Below are positions 36,955 to 49,770 of a stretch of 64,000 bases of DNA, in pieces (position 1 is the stretch's first letter; each line of letters opens with the position of its first letter). The DNA comes from Octopus sinensis. Taxonomy: Eukaryota. The stretch covers positions 14,694,001 through 14,758,000 of the forward strand of contig NC_043001.1 of the NCBI RefSeq assembly GCF_006345805.1, given 5' to 3'. Below the pieces are notes generated by a model. That model did not search any database and was not told where the DNA came from. It worked only from the letters and a program-made list of their open reading frames with translations. The position numbers and the translations under genes were made by a program.

Positions 36955-37329
36955 TCTCTCTATATATAAACGGCAGTTTATCTGTCTGTGTGTCTGTTAG
37001 GTTGTACCCTCACCCTGACCACGGCTTTCAACCGATTCTGATGAAACTTGACACACACATAGCCCAATGTCATAATTCAAAACTAACGCAGCGAAAATTT
37101 TGAAAAGTTCCCCCAGTTCTGAAAAAAATCGATAAATTCGACATGGGTCGAGAATCAGAAACACAAACCACAGACTGTCTAGGGGACGCAACTCGACCTT
37201 TTTTAACTCTCAAAAAAAATTTACCATAATTTTTTTTCCATTTTTTTGCTATTTTTTGGCTATAACTCTCTAAAAATGCTTTATAGTTATTCCCTTACAA
37301 ACCTGAGCAACGCCGGGCGATACTGCTAG
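36955..37329 (+). mobile_element. Non-autonomous Helitron H2, complete
   Basis: A|TCTCTCTATATATAAACGGC ... CAAACCTGAGCAACGCCGGGCGATACTGCTAG|T; AT target; same 3' terminus as H1. Confidence 0.9.
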
Positions 37330-37334
37330 TCTTG

Positions 37335-37378
<44 letters not shown>

Positions 37379-37719
37379 TATATACCATACATGCATGTGT
37401 GTGTGTATGGCTGCTGACTGTTTGTATGTAGGTATGTCTATATGGGCGTAAGTTCTGTTTCTGTTATTAATTTAGAATAAGTTTTGACCGTCAACTGTTT
37501 GGTAGCCAAGTTAAGAATGGAAGCATTTTGTTATGTTCTTCACCCTTTAAATTTTAGGAAGGTCTCGCAAATATTATTTATAATCCCAGATGTGATCATT
37601 TGTGGTGTATGAATTAAGGATTTGGGTTCTCTCCCCAAGAACTCAAATCCAGCCATGCTTTGCTCCTAACGGGTTGGTACGATGTATGTATGTATGTATG
37701 TATGTATGTATGTATGTAT

Positions 37720-38288
37720 AATGTTGAAAAATGTTCTGGGAGACCCCCCCCACCGACCAGCAGAACTAAGAAAAACATCGCAGTTGTGCGTGCAGCTGTA
37801 AGGGGAAATCGTCGAATCACTACCCTTGAGTTATCGGAGTATGTGCAGATTAGTAATGGTTCAAGTCAGTCTATTATCACTGAAGATTTGGGTATGAGAC
37901 GCGTATCTGCCGAGTTTGTGCCAAAACTGCTTTCAGCTGACCAAAAAACACTCGGGTCTCAGTTGCACAAGATTTCCCTGATTGTGTCGAGAATGGTGAA
38001 AAAGTTTTGGAAATTTTGTGTAGGCCTCTGAGTAGATATCGCCAAGCTTTTGACAAAATTTGATGCAGATTCCCTGCTCAACTTTCTCTCTCATGGTCAA
38101 TGCGACGACCACACGCTACACATCTTCCTTCCAAGCACTGCTGTAAACAGCGGAAGTGAAGTAGAACGTTAAAACTTAGTACGCATGCACAGCACAGTTC
38201 ATGGTCAATCTGTGCGAAGCAGCTTCCCTCTGCGTGTTTTAACTTCGTTACTATAGCAACAGTATTGATACTTGTTAATCAGGCCACG
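37720..38288. pseudogene. Rearranged mariner (irritans-like): 5' end on minus, HTH region on plus
   Basis: Minus: probable TIR near 38288 and ATG at 38094, MREKVEQGICIKFCQKLG. Plus: GRPPPTSRTKKNIAVVRAAVRGNRRITTLELSE...EDLGMRRVSAEFVPKLLSADQK. Confidence 0.8.
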
Positions 38289-38407
38289 TATGTGTGTGTG
38301 TTTGCTCGCGCGCGCGCGTCTGTGTGTGTGTAATGTATTAAGGTTAATTTTCGACATTGAAAAATCAGTTGGGTAACGCAGAAGGGTTATACAGATACGG
38401 TAAATAA

Positions 38408-38822
38408 AAGGCGGCGAGCTGGCAGACACGTTAGCACGCCGGGCGAAATGCGTAGCCGTATTTCGAATGCCGCTATGTTCTGTGTTCAAATTCCGCCGAG
38501 GAATTCTGCCTTTCATCCTTTCGGGGTTGATAAATTAAGTACCAGTAACGCACTGAAATCGATGTAATCGACTTAATCCCTTTGTCTGTCCTTGTTTGTC
38601 CCCTCTGTGTTTAGCCCCTTGTGGGTAGTAAAGAAATAGGTATTTCATCTGCCGCTACGTTCTGAGTTCAAATTCCGCCGATGTCGACCTTGCCTTTCAT
38701 CCTTTCAGGGTCAATAAATTAAGTACCAGTTACGCACTGGGGTCGATGTAATCCACTTAATCCCTTTGTCTGTCCTTGTTCGTCCCCTCTATGTTTAGCC
38801 TCCTGTGAGCAATAAAGAAATA
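38408..38822 (+). mobile_element. Family A SINE dimer
   Basis: 15-bp flanking repeat AGATACGG(T/C)AAATAA (38393-38407 / 38823-38837). Confidence 0.9.
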
Positions 38823-39148
38823 AGATACGGCAAATAACATGACCAATATTCATGCGCTTCGTTCTGTTTTAAAACTAACTTCATAAAAATGCAGTTTTTA
38901 CGATACCATACCTGAAGAAAAACTAAAACTGAATGTTAATTAAATTTAGATGATAAAATCAAGTTAAATAATAAACTGAAGTCGTAGAAAAAATAAATAA
39001 TCGTGTAAGACTATAACTGTGAATTAAATATTTTCTTATCTTTCCGTTTGAATTGTTTCTTTGCTCAAAGGAAGATAATGCCGCGGAACATTGTATGGAC
39101 GGGGAGGGGATTGCGCTACAGATTCGTGTGAGCATCTTTGTCTGCCGG

Positions 39149-39200
<52 letters not shown>

Positions 39201-39428
39201 ATATATATATGTATATATATATATATATGATGCTTCGACGACTAGTCATTAATTAATATCTATTTTATGCACAATGCAGCTATAAAGCGAAAAGCAAATG
39301 AGATAATAACGAAAAAGCTTCATTTTGCAAATTAGTTTATGCGCATTACAAAAGTTTCACTATGTAAATTAGGCAACTCATTACGGTGCTAAACTAATTT
39401 ATGACTGCTTTACATTGCCTCTGATCTG

Positions 39429-39847
39429 GGATCTTTTCCGTTTGAACGGCAGTTTTTTCTAGCGGTGTCATATGAAATTGTCACCTATAATTATGACCCT
39501 AGTATCGATCTATTGCATTTCAATCTGTTTTAGGGTTAGTGTTAGGGGTGGGGGGAAGGGTATCTTTTTTTTTTCAGAAATGTAAATAAACCCAATCTGT
39601 TTCTTAAACGAGGAACATATTCATACAACACAGAATGCTTTTTAACTCAATAGACGTCATTGATTGGTTGAAATTGCAGAAATTGAAGAAAAAACAACAA
39701 CAAATATCTTACAAACTATAGAATTTTCTCAATAAAGCCAAGAGAAAAAGATGTTTTATAAACACTTTCTACCAGCATACGAAGTTTAAAAGTGTTTAGT
39801 TACGTGGAAATTATTTTTAAAAACTGCCGTTCAAACCGAAAAGATCC
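39429..39847. mobile_element. Merlin-like MITE M5
   Basis: TIRs GGATCTTTTCCGTTTGAACGGCAGTTTTT / AAAAACTGCCGTTCAAACCGAAAAGATCC; colinear with M1; flanked by a 27-bp duplication. Confidence 0.88.
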
Positions 39848-40007
39848 TACGACTGCTTTATATTGCCTCTGATCTCTGTTATTGATTAGGGAAGGAAACC
39901 ATATAGAAGACTCTCTTTACTATCTGCGGTAAATATAAATTGATAATAACAACGACAATAATAATAGGTGGCTGTCGGCGTTAAATAGTAATAATAAATA
40001 ACAATCC

Positions 40008-40586
40008 TTTCTACTATGGGCACACAGGCCAGAAATTTGAGGGAGGGGGATAGTTGATTACATCAACCCCAGTACTCAACTGGTATTTGATTTATCGACC
40101 CCGAAATGATGAAAAGCAAAGTCGACCTCGGCGGAATTTGAACTCAGAACGTAGCGGCAGACGAAATACCTATTTCTTTACTACCCACAAGGGTCTAAAC
40201 ATAGAGGGGACAAACAAGGAGAGACAAACGGATTAAGTCGATTACATAGACCCCAGTGCGTAACTGGTACTTAATTTATCGACCTCGAAAGGATGAAAGG
40301 CAAAGTCGACTTCGGCGGAATTTGAACTCAGAACGTAGCGGCAGACGAAATACCTATTTCTTTACTACACACAAGGGGCTAAACACAGGGGGGACAAACA
40401 AGGACAGACATAGGTATTAAGTCGATTATATCGACCCCAGTGCGTAACTGGTACTTAATTTATCGACCCCGAAAGGATGAAAGGCAAAGTCGACCTCGGC
40501 GGAATTTGAACTCAGAACGTAACGGCATACGAAATAGCGCTAAGCATTTCGCCCGGTGTGCTAACGTTTCTGCCAGCTTGCCTCCT
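40008..40586 (-). mobile_element. Family A SINE trimer ending in an A' tail
   Basis: Full head at ~40586, two internal GAAATAG|GTATTTC junctions, terminal unit with GGCCTGTGTGCC tail. Confidence 0.88.
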
Positions 40587-41057
40587 TTTGTCTTCCCTCT
40601 TCATATATTACTTCACGCTGATGTACCAAACTAAGAGTTATGCAATAAAGCCTTCAGTGCTGTAGTGTTAACGAGTCAACAAAGGAACCTCGACCGGATA
40701 GAAATAGTAGCTATATTTACCTCAGTTCGCATCATACTGTCTTTAAACGGGAAAGATTCCCATAATGTAGAAAATAATACATTTCTAAATCTCTCAGAGA
40801 GATTTATTTATACAGTAGTAACACAATTAAGTGGTGACATGTCGTCAACTTAATGTGACAGTCCCATAAAAGGGAATAATATTACTGCTATTTAGCTCTA
40901 GGAAGCACTTCTTCCTGTCGGCCTTGACACATTTCCTGTGCCCTTATGTTTACAAGGGGGGGGGGAGACAAGGACCCCCACCCAGCAAAGCCGGAACTCA
41001 GAGAATAGTTTCTGAGTCATTGCTTGTCATCCCGTAATGTAGTTCGGAATAAAGTAC

Positions 41058-41185
41058 GAGTATATGGCGTAGTGGTTTAAGCGCACAAGCTACTAACCCC
41101 AAGATTCCGAGTTCGATTCCAAGCAGTACCTGAATAATAATAATGATAATAATAATAATAATAATGATAATAATAATGATAATAA
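41058..41185 (+). mobile_element. Short tRNA-derived SINE with (TAA)n tail
   Basis: GGCGTAGTGGTTTAAGCG (A box), GAGTTCGATTCC (B box); no acceptor stem pairing found. Confidence 0.6.
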
Positions 41186-41187
41186 TT

Positions 41188-41435
41188 CGTTCGTTTATTG
41201 GCCACAAGGGCTAACAAAAATCAATTAAAACATAAAGGGACAAAACACCAGACGAAAGTTACAAAGGGTTTTGTCCGTTTGAAAAAGGTCCGTGTACAAA
41301 AGCAGGATAACAACGAAATATAAGTAACAATTAAAGCTCCCAATAAGGGGAGCACTTCGAAAGGTTACTTGTGGAAAAACCCATAAAAGCCACGGGAGCC
41401 TGGTCAACAGGGGGGGGGTAGAGAGCCCCTTTCCC
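41188..41435 (-). mobile_element. Probable LINE 3' UTR end resembling the family A tail
   Basis: Minus strand ends ...TTTTGTCCCTTTATGTTT...TTAGCCCTTGTGGCCAATAAACGAA. Confidence 0.5.
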
Positions 41436-41475
41436 CCTTTTATATTTCCATTTAATTTTTCACAGGTGTATCCTC

Positions 41476-41513
<38 letters not shown>

Positions 41514-41569
41514 CAACAACAACATAAAAAATACCTTAGGAATCGAGTACCTAGGTTCGAAATTTTCCC

Positions 41570-41625
41570 AAGATACCTGATGAAGGCTGGATGGTATATC
41601 AACCGAAACGTTGTGTTAACAACAA
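41570..41625 (+). ncRNA. Degenerate hammerhead-like motif
   Basis: CTGATGA-AGGCTG...CAACC-GAAACGTT; stems I and III not convincingly closed. Confidence 0.35.
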
Positions 41626-42062
41626 ACAAGAAGAGGACAAATATCCGACGAATGTAAACAAAGTATATGTAATTAAATTGAAATAAAGTATGTTCCAGAT
41701 GATCTCGCCAGGAATGTCTTTCATCAATGAGATGTTAGATCAGGACAGAAAGAGGAATAAAAAAAACAGTCTGTACACAAACGCTCGATCCACGAGAAAA
41801 AGAAAAGACCGAATCGCTTTCATATTACGAACCCTACTGTCTAATAAGAAATGTCACATCAAATAATATACTCCTAGCTACACTATGCATGAAAAGAAAA
41901 TATTAAACGAAGGGACGGTCAAAAAGGGAACGCTTTTCATTAGCGCTAATCTGTGACTAAACAAAAACAACAATAATAATACGAACCAACTTGGAAATCT
42001 CTAGGTCAAGGGTGGGAAAACCCCCGCCCGCAATGGCGCCCACGAACTCATTTTATTGCGTC

Positions 42063-42410
42063 AGCAGGCCGATTATATCGACCCCAGTGCGTAACTGGTA
42101 CTTATTTAATCGACCCCGAAAGGATGAAAGGCAAAGTCGACCTCGGCGGAATTTGAACTCAGAACGTAGCGGCAGACGAAATACCTATTTCTTTACTACC
42201 CACAAGGGGCTAAACACAGAGAGGTCAAACAAGGATGGACAAACGGATTAAGTCGATTACATGGACGCCAGGGCGTAACTGGTACTTAATTTATCGACCC
42301 CGAAAGGATGAAAGGCAAAGTCGACCTCGGCGGAATTTGAACTCAGAACGTAGCGGCAGACGAAGTGCCGCTAGACATTTCGCCCGGCGTGCTAACGTTT
42401 CTGCCAGCTC
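42063..42410 (-). mobile_element. Family A SINE dimer (tail truncated)
   Basis: Two units joined at the GAAATAC/CTATTTC junction. Confidence 0.85.
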
Positions 42411-42779
42411 TCCACCACCTCGCCGCCACCACTAATAAACGTTCTCATCTGACTTAGCAATTTCCACTTTTGTAGTCCTTTGTTGCCAATGAACTGTCCA
42501 GCTAATTTGCATTACGACCAAGCAGAACGATGACTGACTTCGGCCCGGGACAGTTGTTCACCATGGTTATGACCACGGTGTGTTGTTGTTGCCATGGTTT
42601 CTCATTTCACGCTTTGCTTTTCCCACTAAATATTATTAACATTTGCTACAAGCTCTGATCCAAGTCGATAATCCTCGGAATTCATCATTCACGTCTAAAC
42701 ATCTGAAATATGTCGGCTACACACCACCAAATGCTAGTCTTTTTTTTTTCTTTGTTTAATTAGCGGTCTGTGAATTCTC

Positions 42780-42811
<32 letters not shown>

Positions 42812-43390
42812 ATTCTTTCTCTCTCACTTTCTTTGTCTCTCTCAGTTTTTCTCTCTTTTTTCCTTCTCTCTTTGTCGCCTCTTCCCTACAACTATCTTCT
42901 CTGCTCTCTCTCTCTCTGTCTCTGTCTCTCTCTCTCTCTCGGTATATATATATATATATATACATACACATATATATATACATACATACATATATATACA
43001 CATACACATATATACATACATACACATATATATATACATACATATATACATACATATACATACATACATACATATACATACATACATACATATATACATA
43101 TACATACATAAATATATATACATACATATCTCTCTCTTTCTCTCTCTCTCTCACTTTCTTTGTCTTTCTCTGTTTTTCTCTCTTTCTTTCTCTCTCTGTC
43201 GCCTCTTCCTTACAACTATCTTCTCTTCTCTGCTCTCACTCACTCTCTCTCTCTCTTTCTCTCTCTCTCTCACTTTCTTTGTCTTTCTCTGTTTTTCTCT
43301 CTTTCTTTCTCTCTCTGTCGCCTCTTCCTTACAACTATCTTCTCTTCTCTGCTCTCACTCACTCTCTCACTCTCTCTCTCTGTTTCTCTC
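42780..43390. repeat. CT-rich ~120-bp minisatellite (3 units) interrupted by (TA/CA)n
   Basis: CACTTTCTTTGTCT...GTCGCCTCTTCC(C/T)TACAACTATCTTCTC occurs three times. Confidence 0.85.
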
Positions 43391-43637
43391 TTTTCACAGA
43401 GTCGTTCCTTTACTCAACGGACCGGTCGAATGACGCACATATCGCCATTGATTAACTCGGACACACAGACAGACTGACAAACTGACAGACAGATCGACAA
43501 ACAGACAGACATTAGGTGACTTAAAGGTAAATGATTGTTAACGTATTTCACGTGGACGCCATTAAAAAGGGTCCAAATCAGAAAGAAACATTCGTTGAGA
43601 CAAAAAAAAAGAAGAGGGAAGAACACAATATAGATAT

Positions 43638-43846
43638 ACTCTTTTACTCTTTTACTTGTTTCAGTCGTTTGATTGTGGCCATGCTGGAGTACCGCCTTTT
43701 AGTCGAGCAAATCGAACCCGGGACTTATTCTTTGGAAGCCTAGTACTTATTCTATCGGTCTCTTTTGCCGAACCGCTAAGTTACGGGGACGTAAACACAC
43801 CATCATCGGTTGTTAAGCGATGTTGGGGGGGACAAACACAGACACA

Positions 43847-43889
<43 letters not shown>

Positions 43890-44052
43890 GACGGACTTCT
43901 TTTCAGTTTCCGTCTACCAAATCCACTCACAAGGCTTTGGTCGGTCCGAGGCTATAGTAGAAGACACTTGCCCAAGGTGCCTCGCAGTGGGACTGAACCC
44001 GGAACCATGTGGTTGGTAAGCAAGCTACTTACCACACAGCCACTCCTGCGCC
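43638..44052 (-). mobile_element. Family B CORE-type SINE, full length
   Basis: All modules present. Confidence 0.92.
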
Positions 44053-44559
44053 TATATAATTTATTTTCGTTTTGATATGCCTCGCTGGATATTTGTGCGT
44101 GTATTTGTTTGTATGTTTATCTTTTTAAAAAAAAAACCCGTTGCAGTCATTCGACTGCGGCCATGCTGGGGCACCGTCTTGAAGAATTTTTAGCCGAGCG
44201 AATCGACTCCAGTACTTATTTTTATGTTTAAGCCAGACGCTTATTCTATCGGTCGCTTTTGCCGAACCGCTACGTCATAGGGATGTACAAACACCGACAC
44301 TAGTTGTCAAGCAGACACAAACACCAACACCAATGTCCTTGGTACAGTATCATAGATTTGAAAAAAAATGAAAGAAATATCTTTTCCGATAATTTTTCCA
44401 CTTTAATAATTAGATTTTTATAAGTTTAAAGTGGGAAAATTATCAGAAAAGCCATTTCTTTTTATTATTCCAAAGATCTTATGCATACATACATACATAC
44501 ATACATACATACATACATACATACATACATACATACATAGTAAATAAAAAAAACGAAGA

Positions 44560-44690
44560 ACAAACATAAAAAACAACAAAAAAACTACAATGCGAGGACG
44601 TGGTATTAGCAGATGCTCATGGAAGGAAAGAAAGGTGGTTTAACGTTTCGTGCAGACGCTCTTCTTCAGAAACAGAGGAAAGTCCAGTAG
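44560..44690 (-). mobile_element. Penelope-like short element with decayed hammerhead-like motif
   Basis: Minus tttCTGAAGA-AGAGCGTCTGCAC-GAAACGTTAAA at 44637-44675; homologous to 6182-6380; follows (CATA)n. Confidence 0.5.
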
Positions 44691-45808
44691 ACTGAAGACA
44701 GCACAGCCAGGGGACTGTGAAGTCTTGTACAAAGTTGCTATAAGATGTGGATGAAGAAGTGGAAAATAGGACACTTTTTTTAAAGAAAAGACAGGACCAC
44801 ATGCTATACAACACATTCACTCACCAATCGCTCTTAGAATTTCCAAACAATTACATTAAGTTCTTGGGGTTCCACATAGTTAAAACTAGTAATATTATTA
44901 TGAAGGGGCAAGAAGAAGCAACTCGAAAAGGGTTACTTAGCATCTTCAAAATCATGGTAGAGCATCCCCTTTTTATAAAATTTTCCCTAACTACAATAAA
45001 GCTTCGAATAGAACTACTTTGTTGTTTGGCATTGAAATTCTTTCTTCAGTGGCCCCTTTTTTCCCCACCTCCCTTCATCCGACGCCCATACTGACAACAT
45101 CCCAACATTTTTGAAAATGTCACTTTCATATTTCCCTACCCTCGGCCAACCCCACCTCCCCGTTTTCCCTCTCAATTACAAACCAACAATGAAGCTTTTA
45201 TTCGGTTGGTCGACCCCTTAGGAACAGCGACTAAATTTTTCCTCAACTGGTGCCAGCGTTTTATGAAATGCTACATTGAATAGAAAAAATGGGATGGGCA
45301 TAATTGGAATGCCTTTTATCCGAAGCCTTCTCGATCAGAGTTGACACAGAACTCGCAATCACAACACCCACCCGATACCCCGATGTCTCCACCGTCCCCA
45401 TTACGTACATACGGTTACCATCAACGATACCATCGCACAATTCATTGCACAATATTCTGCCATCACAAGAAATCCCATTTGTCGCTCGACCAATCAGTAT
45501 CATAAGATCAAACAGCGTAAGCTAATAAGGCTATTCATACTGGCGGTGGCCAATGTCTCAATAACATTTGCCATTTACTTCTATCGGCGTTGCCTTGCTA
45601 ATCTGACCTTATTTCCATCGGAATATTAATACACACACACACGTGTGTGTGTGTGTGTGTATGTATGTATATATATATATATGTATGTGTATATATATGT
45701 GTGTATGTATATATATATATATATGTGTGTATGTGTATATATATATATTTATATATGTATGTATATATATATGTATGTGTATATATGTATATATAATGTG
45801 TGTGTATG

Positions 45809-45839
<31 letters not shown>

Positions 45840-45878
45840 ATGTGCACATATATATATATATATATAATATATATACAC

Positions 45879-45919
<41 letters not shown>

Positions 45920-45934
45920 CTATCTATCTATCTA

Positions 45935-45993
<59 letters not shown>

Positions 45994-46711
45994 CTATATA
46001 TGTGTGTGTGTGTGTGTGTGTGTATACGCATGCTGGTGGTTTTTGTTTGTAATATTAGCGAACAAATTCAGCGGATAATACAATTGATAAATTTGATGAC
46101 GATTCGTTTACAATAAACACCAGATACTTCCTTTCAAGTCTTGTATCGATTTTTCATGTTTATCGATTTCCACGCTCACAACCGAAAAGTTTTTATTCAT
46201 AACTTGTAGCAGCCATGTTATGAATTTGACATTTTTCACTGTAATGGCGAGACAGTGTATCTAAAACACAGCTCAGCTACCAGACTATGAAACGTATCCA
46301 AAGCCGCTTAGTTCGTTTCGACACTTCAGAATATCTCGTGTAAATGTCTGAAGTAGCCATTGCTTGAGACCGAGCTCCATCTCCAAAATTAATGACCGAT
46401 TTGTATATGAAGATTGGCATACAGGGAGATGAGATTAAGTTTTGTAGAAATAGCATATATCCTATGGCAGTGATTCTCAAGCTTTTATAGCTCAGCATCC
46501 CCTTTAACGAATGGCGTAATACAAGCAATTCCCCTCACGTGTTTGTTTTTAAAAAGATTTTTTTTTTTGTCAGAGAAGGAATTTGTCAGCGTTTAGTATC
46601 CTTACTTTCTTGTGCTATCCCACCCGGTATGTACCCTCTTTTTGATGTTTATGAAACATTAGTACCTCCATATTCAATTTTATGGAAATTACTCAAGAAG
46701 ACGAGGGCTTA

Positions 46712-47222
46712 TAAATCCTCGAGTATAATCCGCATTTTTTCCCCAAAATTTAAAGGTCAAAATCCCCAGTGCGTGCTATATACGAGGTTAAAAATGAAAA
46801 ATATTTTCTAAGCAATGTCCGAGTCTCTACTTGCTGTCCGGCAATGTTTATTCAGACGCATTTTGTGTTGTCGGGCGCGAAAATACTTTAAGCTAAGCCT
46901 GAAAGCAATGAAATCATAAAAGAATCATCCATAACTTGCAGTAAACAACATTTATTAAACGTTATTACTGTTATTTCTTTATTTTCTGCAAACAAAATGC
47001 ACAAAAAAAGCTACACGTTTGCATTATGTTATATATACAGTAATAATAAAGGACGTTACTGTATACATACAATAATAATAAAAGACGTTATATATATGTC
47101 CTTGATTCAAGTTAGAGAAAGGGTGCGTATTATACACAAGGTTTAGGTTTTTCCGAGGTACAGCCCCCTAAAAATCCCCTGCGTATTATACTCAAGGGCG
47201 GAGTATACTCGAGGATTTACGG
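46712..47222. mobile_element. Tc2-like family G, copy 2 (left TIR clipped)
   Basis: Colinear with 24268-24787; right TIR TATACTCGAGGATTTACGG|TA. Confidence 0.88.
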
Positions 47223-47666
47223 TATCTGAAGAACAAAAGATGGTTAAAATGGTGTTGATTGAATTATTTCTTTACCATTCTTACATAGATGCAATAAATG
47301 GTATATCATTTTGTTCTGTTATTTCGAGGAAGATGGGGATAAAAACAGGCAAATGGACGAGGACAATGATAGATAGTAAAGACTAGGGAATAGGGGACAT
47401 GACAGGGGTAGTGATAAAAGTACTAGTGGTGGTGATGGTAGAGTGCAGAAGATAGAGAGAGACGTGGTGTTAGCAGCGGTAGTCATGATAATGTTCATAA
47501 AGGTAATGATGAGAACAGCGATAATGATGGTGGTGGTGGTGGTGGTGGTGGCGATGGTCATTATAACGAAAATAGTTGTGGTGGAGTTGAGAATATTAGC
47601 CAGGATGATGTACGTGCAAATTGCCTCCTGAATTGAATATTAAGTATTTTCATGTTAGCAGTACAG

Positions 47667-48268
47667 AAGGCGGCGAGCTGGCAGAAACGTTAGCACGCCG
47701 GGTGAAATGCTTAGCAGTATTTCGTCTGTCGCTACGTTCTGAGTTCAAATTCCGCCGAGGTCGACTTTGCCTTTCATCCTTTCGAGGTCGATAAATAAAA
47801 TACCAGTTACGCACTGGGGTCGATGTAATCGACTTAATCCCTTTGTCTGTCCTTGTTTGTCCCCTCTATGTTTAGCCCCTAGTGGGAAGTAAAGAAATAG
47901 GTATTTCGTCTGTTGTTACGTTGTGAGTTCAAATTCCGCCGAAGTCGACTTTGCCTTTCATCCTTTCGGGGTCGATAAATAAAATACCAGTTACGCACTG
48001 GGGTCGATGTAATCGACCTAATCCCTTAGTCTGTCCTTGTTTGTCCTCTCTGTGTTTAGCCCCTAGTGGGAAGTAAAGAAATAGGTATTTCGTCTGTTGT
48101 TACGTTGTGAGTTCAAATTCCGCCGAGGTCGACTTTGCCTTTCATCCTTTCGGGGTCGTTAAATAAAATACCAGTTACGCACTTGGGTCGATGTAATCGA
48201 CTTAATCCCTTAGTCTGTCCTTGTTTGTCCCTTCTGTGTTTAGGCCCTTGTGGGCAATAAAGAAATAA
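47667..48268 (+). mobile_element. Family A SINE trimer
   Basis: Full head plus three ~180-bp units; the units share private variants (e.g. AAATAAAATACC). Confidence 0.9.
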
Positions 48269-49549
48269 ATTATAATATTCGTTATAGTGAATTGAGTAAT
48301 ATGCACTGGCTGCATCTTTGTGCGCGTTTATGTAGGTGCTGCTTTGCTCCAAGATCTTCATTTAATATTAAAGTCAGTTTTGGATTTTTAGGTACGTGAT
48401 GTATTTTGGCAAAGTTATGTTCTTCTTTTCAGTAAAATATGATGAAAGCAGCGTCGTTTGAATTTGCCTTTTACCATTCACATGTGTTTATGCTCTGTTA
48501 TTTGGCCTGCGTTAGTGGAGACCATATCCGCTTCATATACTATCGCTTCGGCATTACATAATTGATTAAGTGGGCATATGTTGTTTCAAGGAATTGTTTG
48601 CTTGGGTGTTATAATGTCTTTTTCCTCCTTTTTTGTATCAGGAGTACAATTAAAAGTAACTTTTTGACAGTTGCCATTAAAAAATTTCCAGTAGCGATAG
48701 TGAACGGGGATATTTATATGCATAAAAGTTAAGAGATTTTGGTTAGGGTTAGGGTTGAGATTTAATAATAAAAAAAAAAGCGTGTGTGAACCATATAATG
48801 TTACGGGGTTTGTTTTCAGTGTACGGAAGCAGAGGCAGAGATGTAAATAAGTGTATCTTTAAATCTGAAGATTTCTAAAGCAGTAATATAATAAGGGGCC
48901 ACCATAACGAAGATTTCTGTATTTGATGAGAGATCGGAGATTGTTCTACAGATGTTCCCAATTCGGTTGCTGAGATCTACGAGCAAGTGACAAGAATGAA
49001 TATTAATAGACGTAAGTTTCCCATTGAATTACTACACGGTCTACGCTTATCTCCATTTAAGAATAATTCTCTTTGGCAGACTCTTGATCGAAGACCAGAC
49101 GCCTTCTAATATGCATAACTATTTATATAGCATTGTCGTCTATATCGTTATATATTCTGGTCTAAGGCGGTAATGAGTAGAGCTTAAGAAATCAAAGGAT
49201 AAAAGCTAAAGGATAATAAGAAATCGTGGCGCCAGGTTCATTCAGTTTAACAATGTAGTACTTGTTATTAATTCTTTTAAACCAGATAATTACTAAACTA
49301 CCATTATACCATTGTTAAAGTCTAGTGCATTCATGATGTTATTTTTAATTCTGCCCCATGACTAAGCTTATCTCTTTTTTTTCCGATTGATATATTTTAT
49401 CTACATTTAAGATTAGAAGCAAAATTTATTTTATGATCGTTAAGTGTGAGATACGGTACGAGCTTTGCTAAATATTTATCTTAGTCCATTGTCTAATTTC
49501 AATCTCCGGGTTATGACCCTCCCCATTCAACACAATTATTGTTATAAAG

Positions 49550-49770
49550 ACGGTGAGTTGGCAGAATCGTTAGCACGCCGGAAAAATGCCTGGCGGCATT
49601 TCATCCGTCTTTACGTTCTAGGCTCAAATGCTGCCGCGGGCGACTTTGTCTTTCATCCTTTCGGGGTTAATAGAACAAGTACCAGTTGAACACTGGGACG
49701 GGCGTAATCGATTTAGTCTCCCCCCCTAAAAAACTGCTGGTCTTGTGCCAAAATTTGAAACCGATGTTAT
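49550..49770 (+). mobile_element. Family A' SINE (decayed)
   Basis: Head/core similarity and the GGTCTTGTGCCAAAATTTGAAAC tail. Confidence 0.7.

Noticed and set aside
44747-45094. 115-aa ORF as Penelope GIY-YIG endonuclease
   Set aside because: Only vague resemblance (TRKGLLSIFKIMVEHPLF); no GIY/YIG motifs seen; needs an HMM search.
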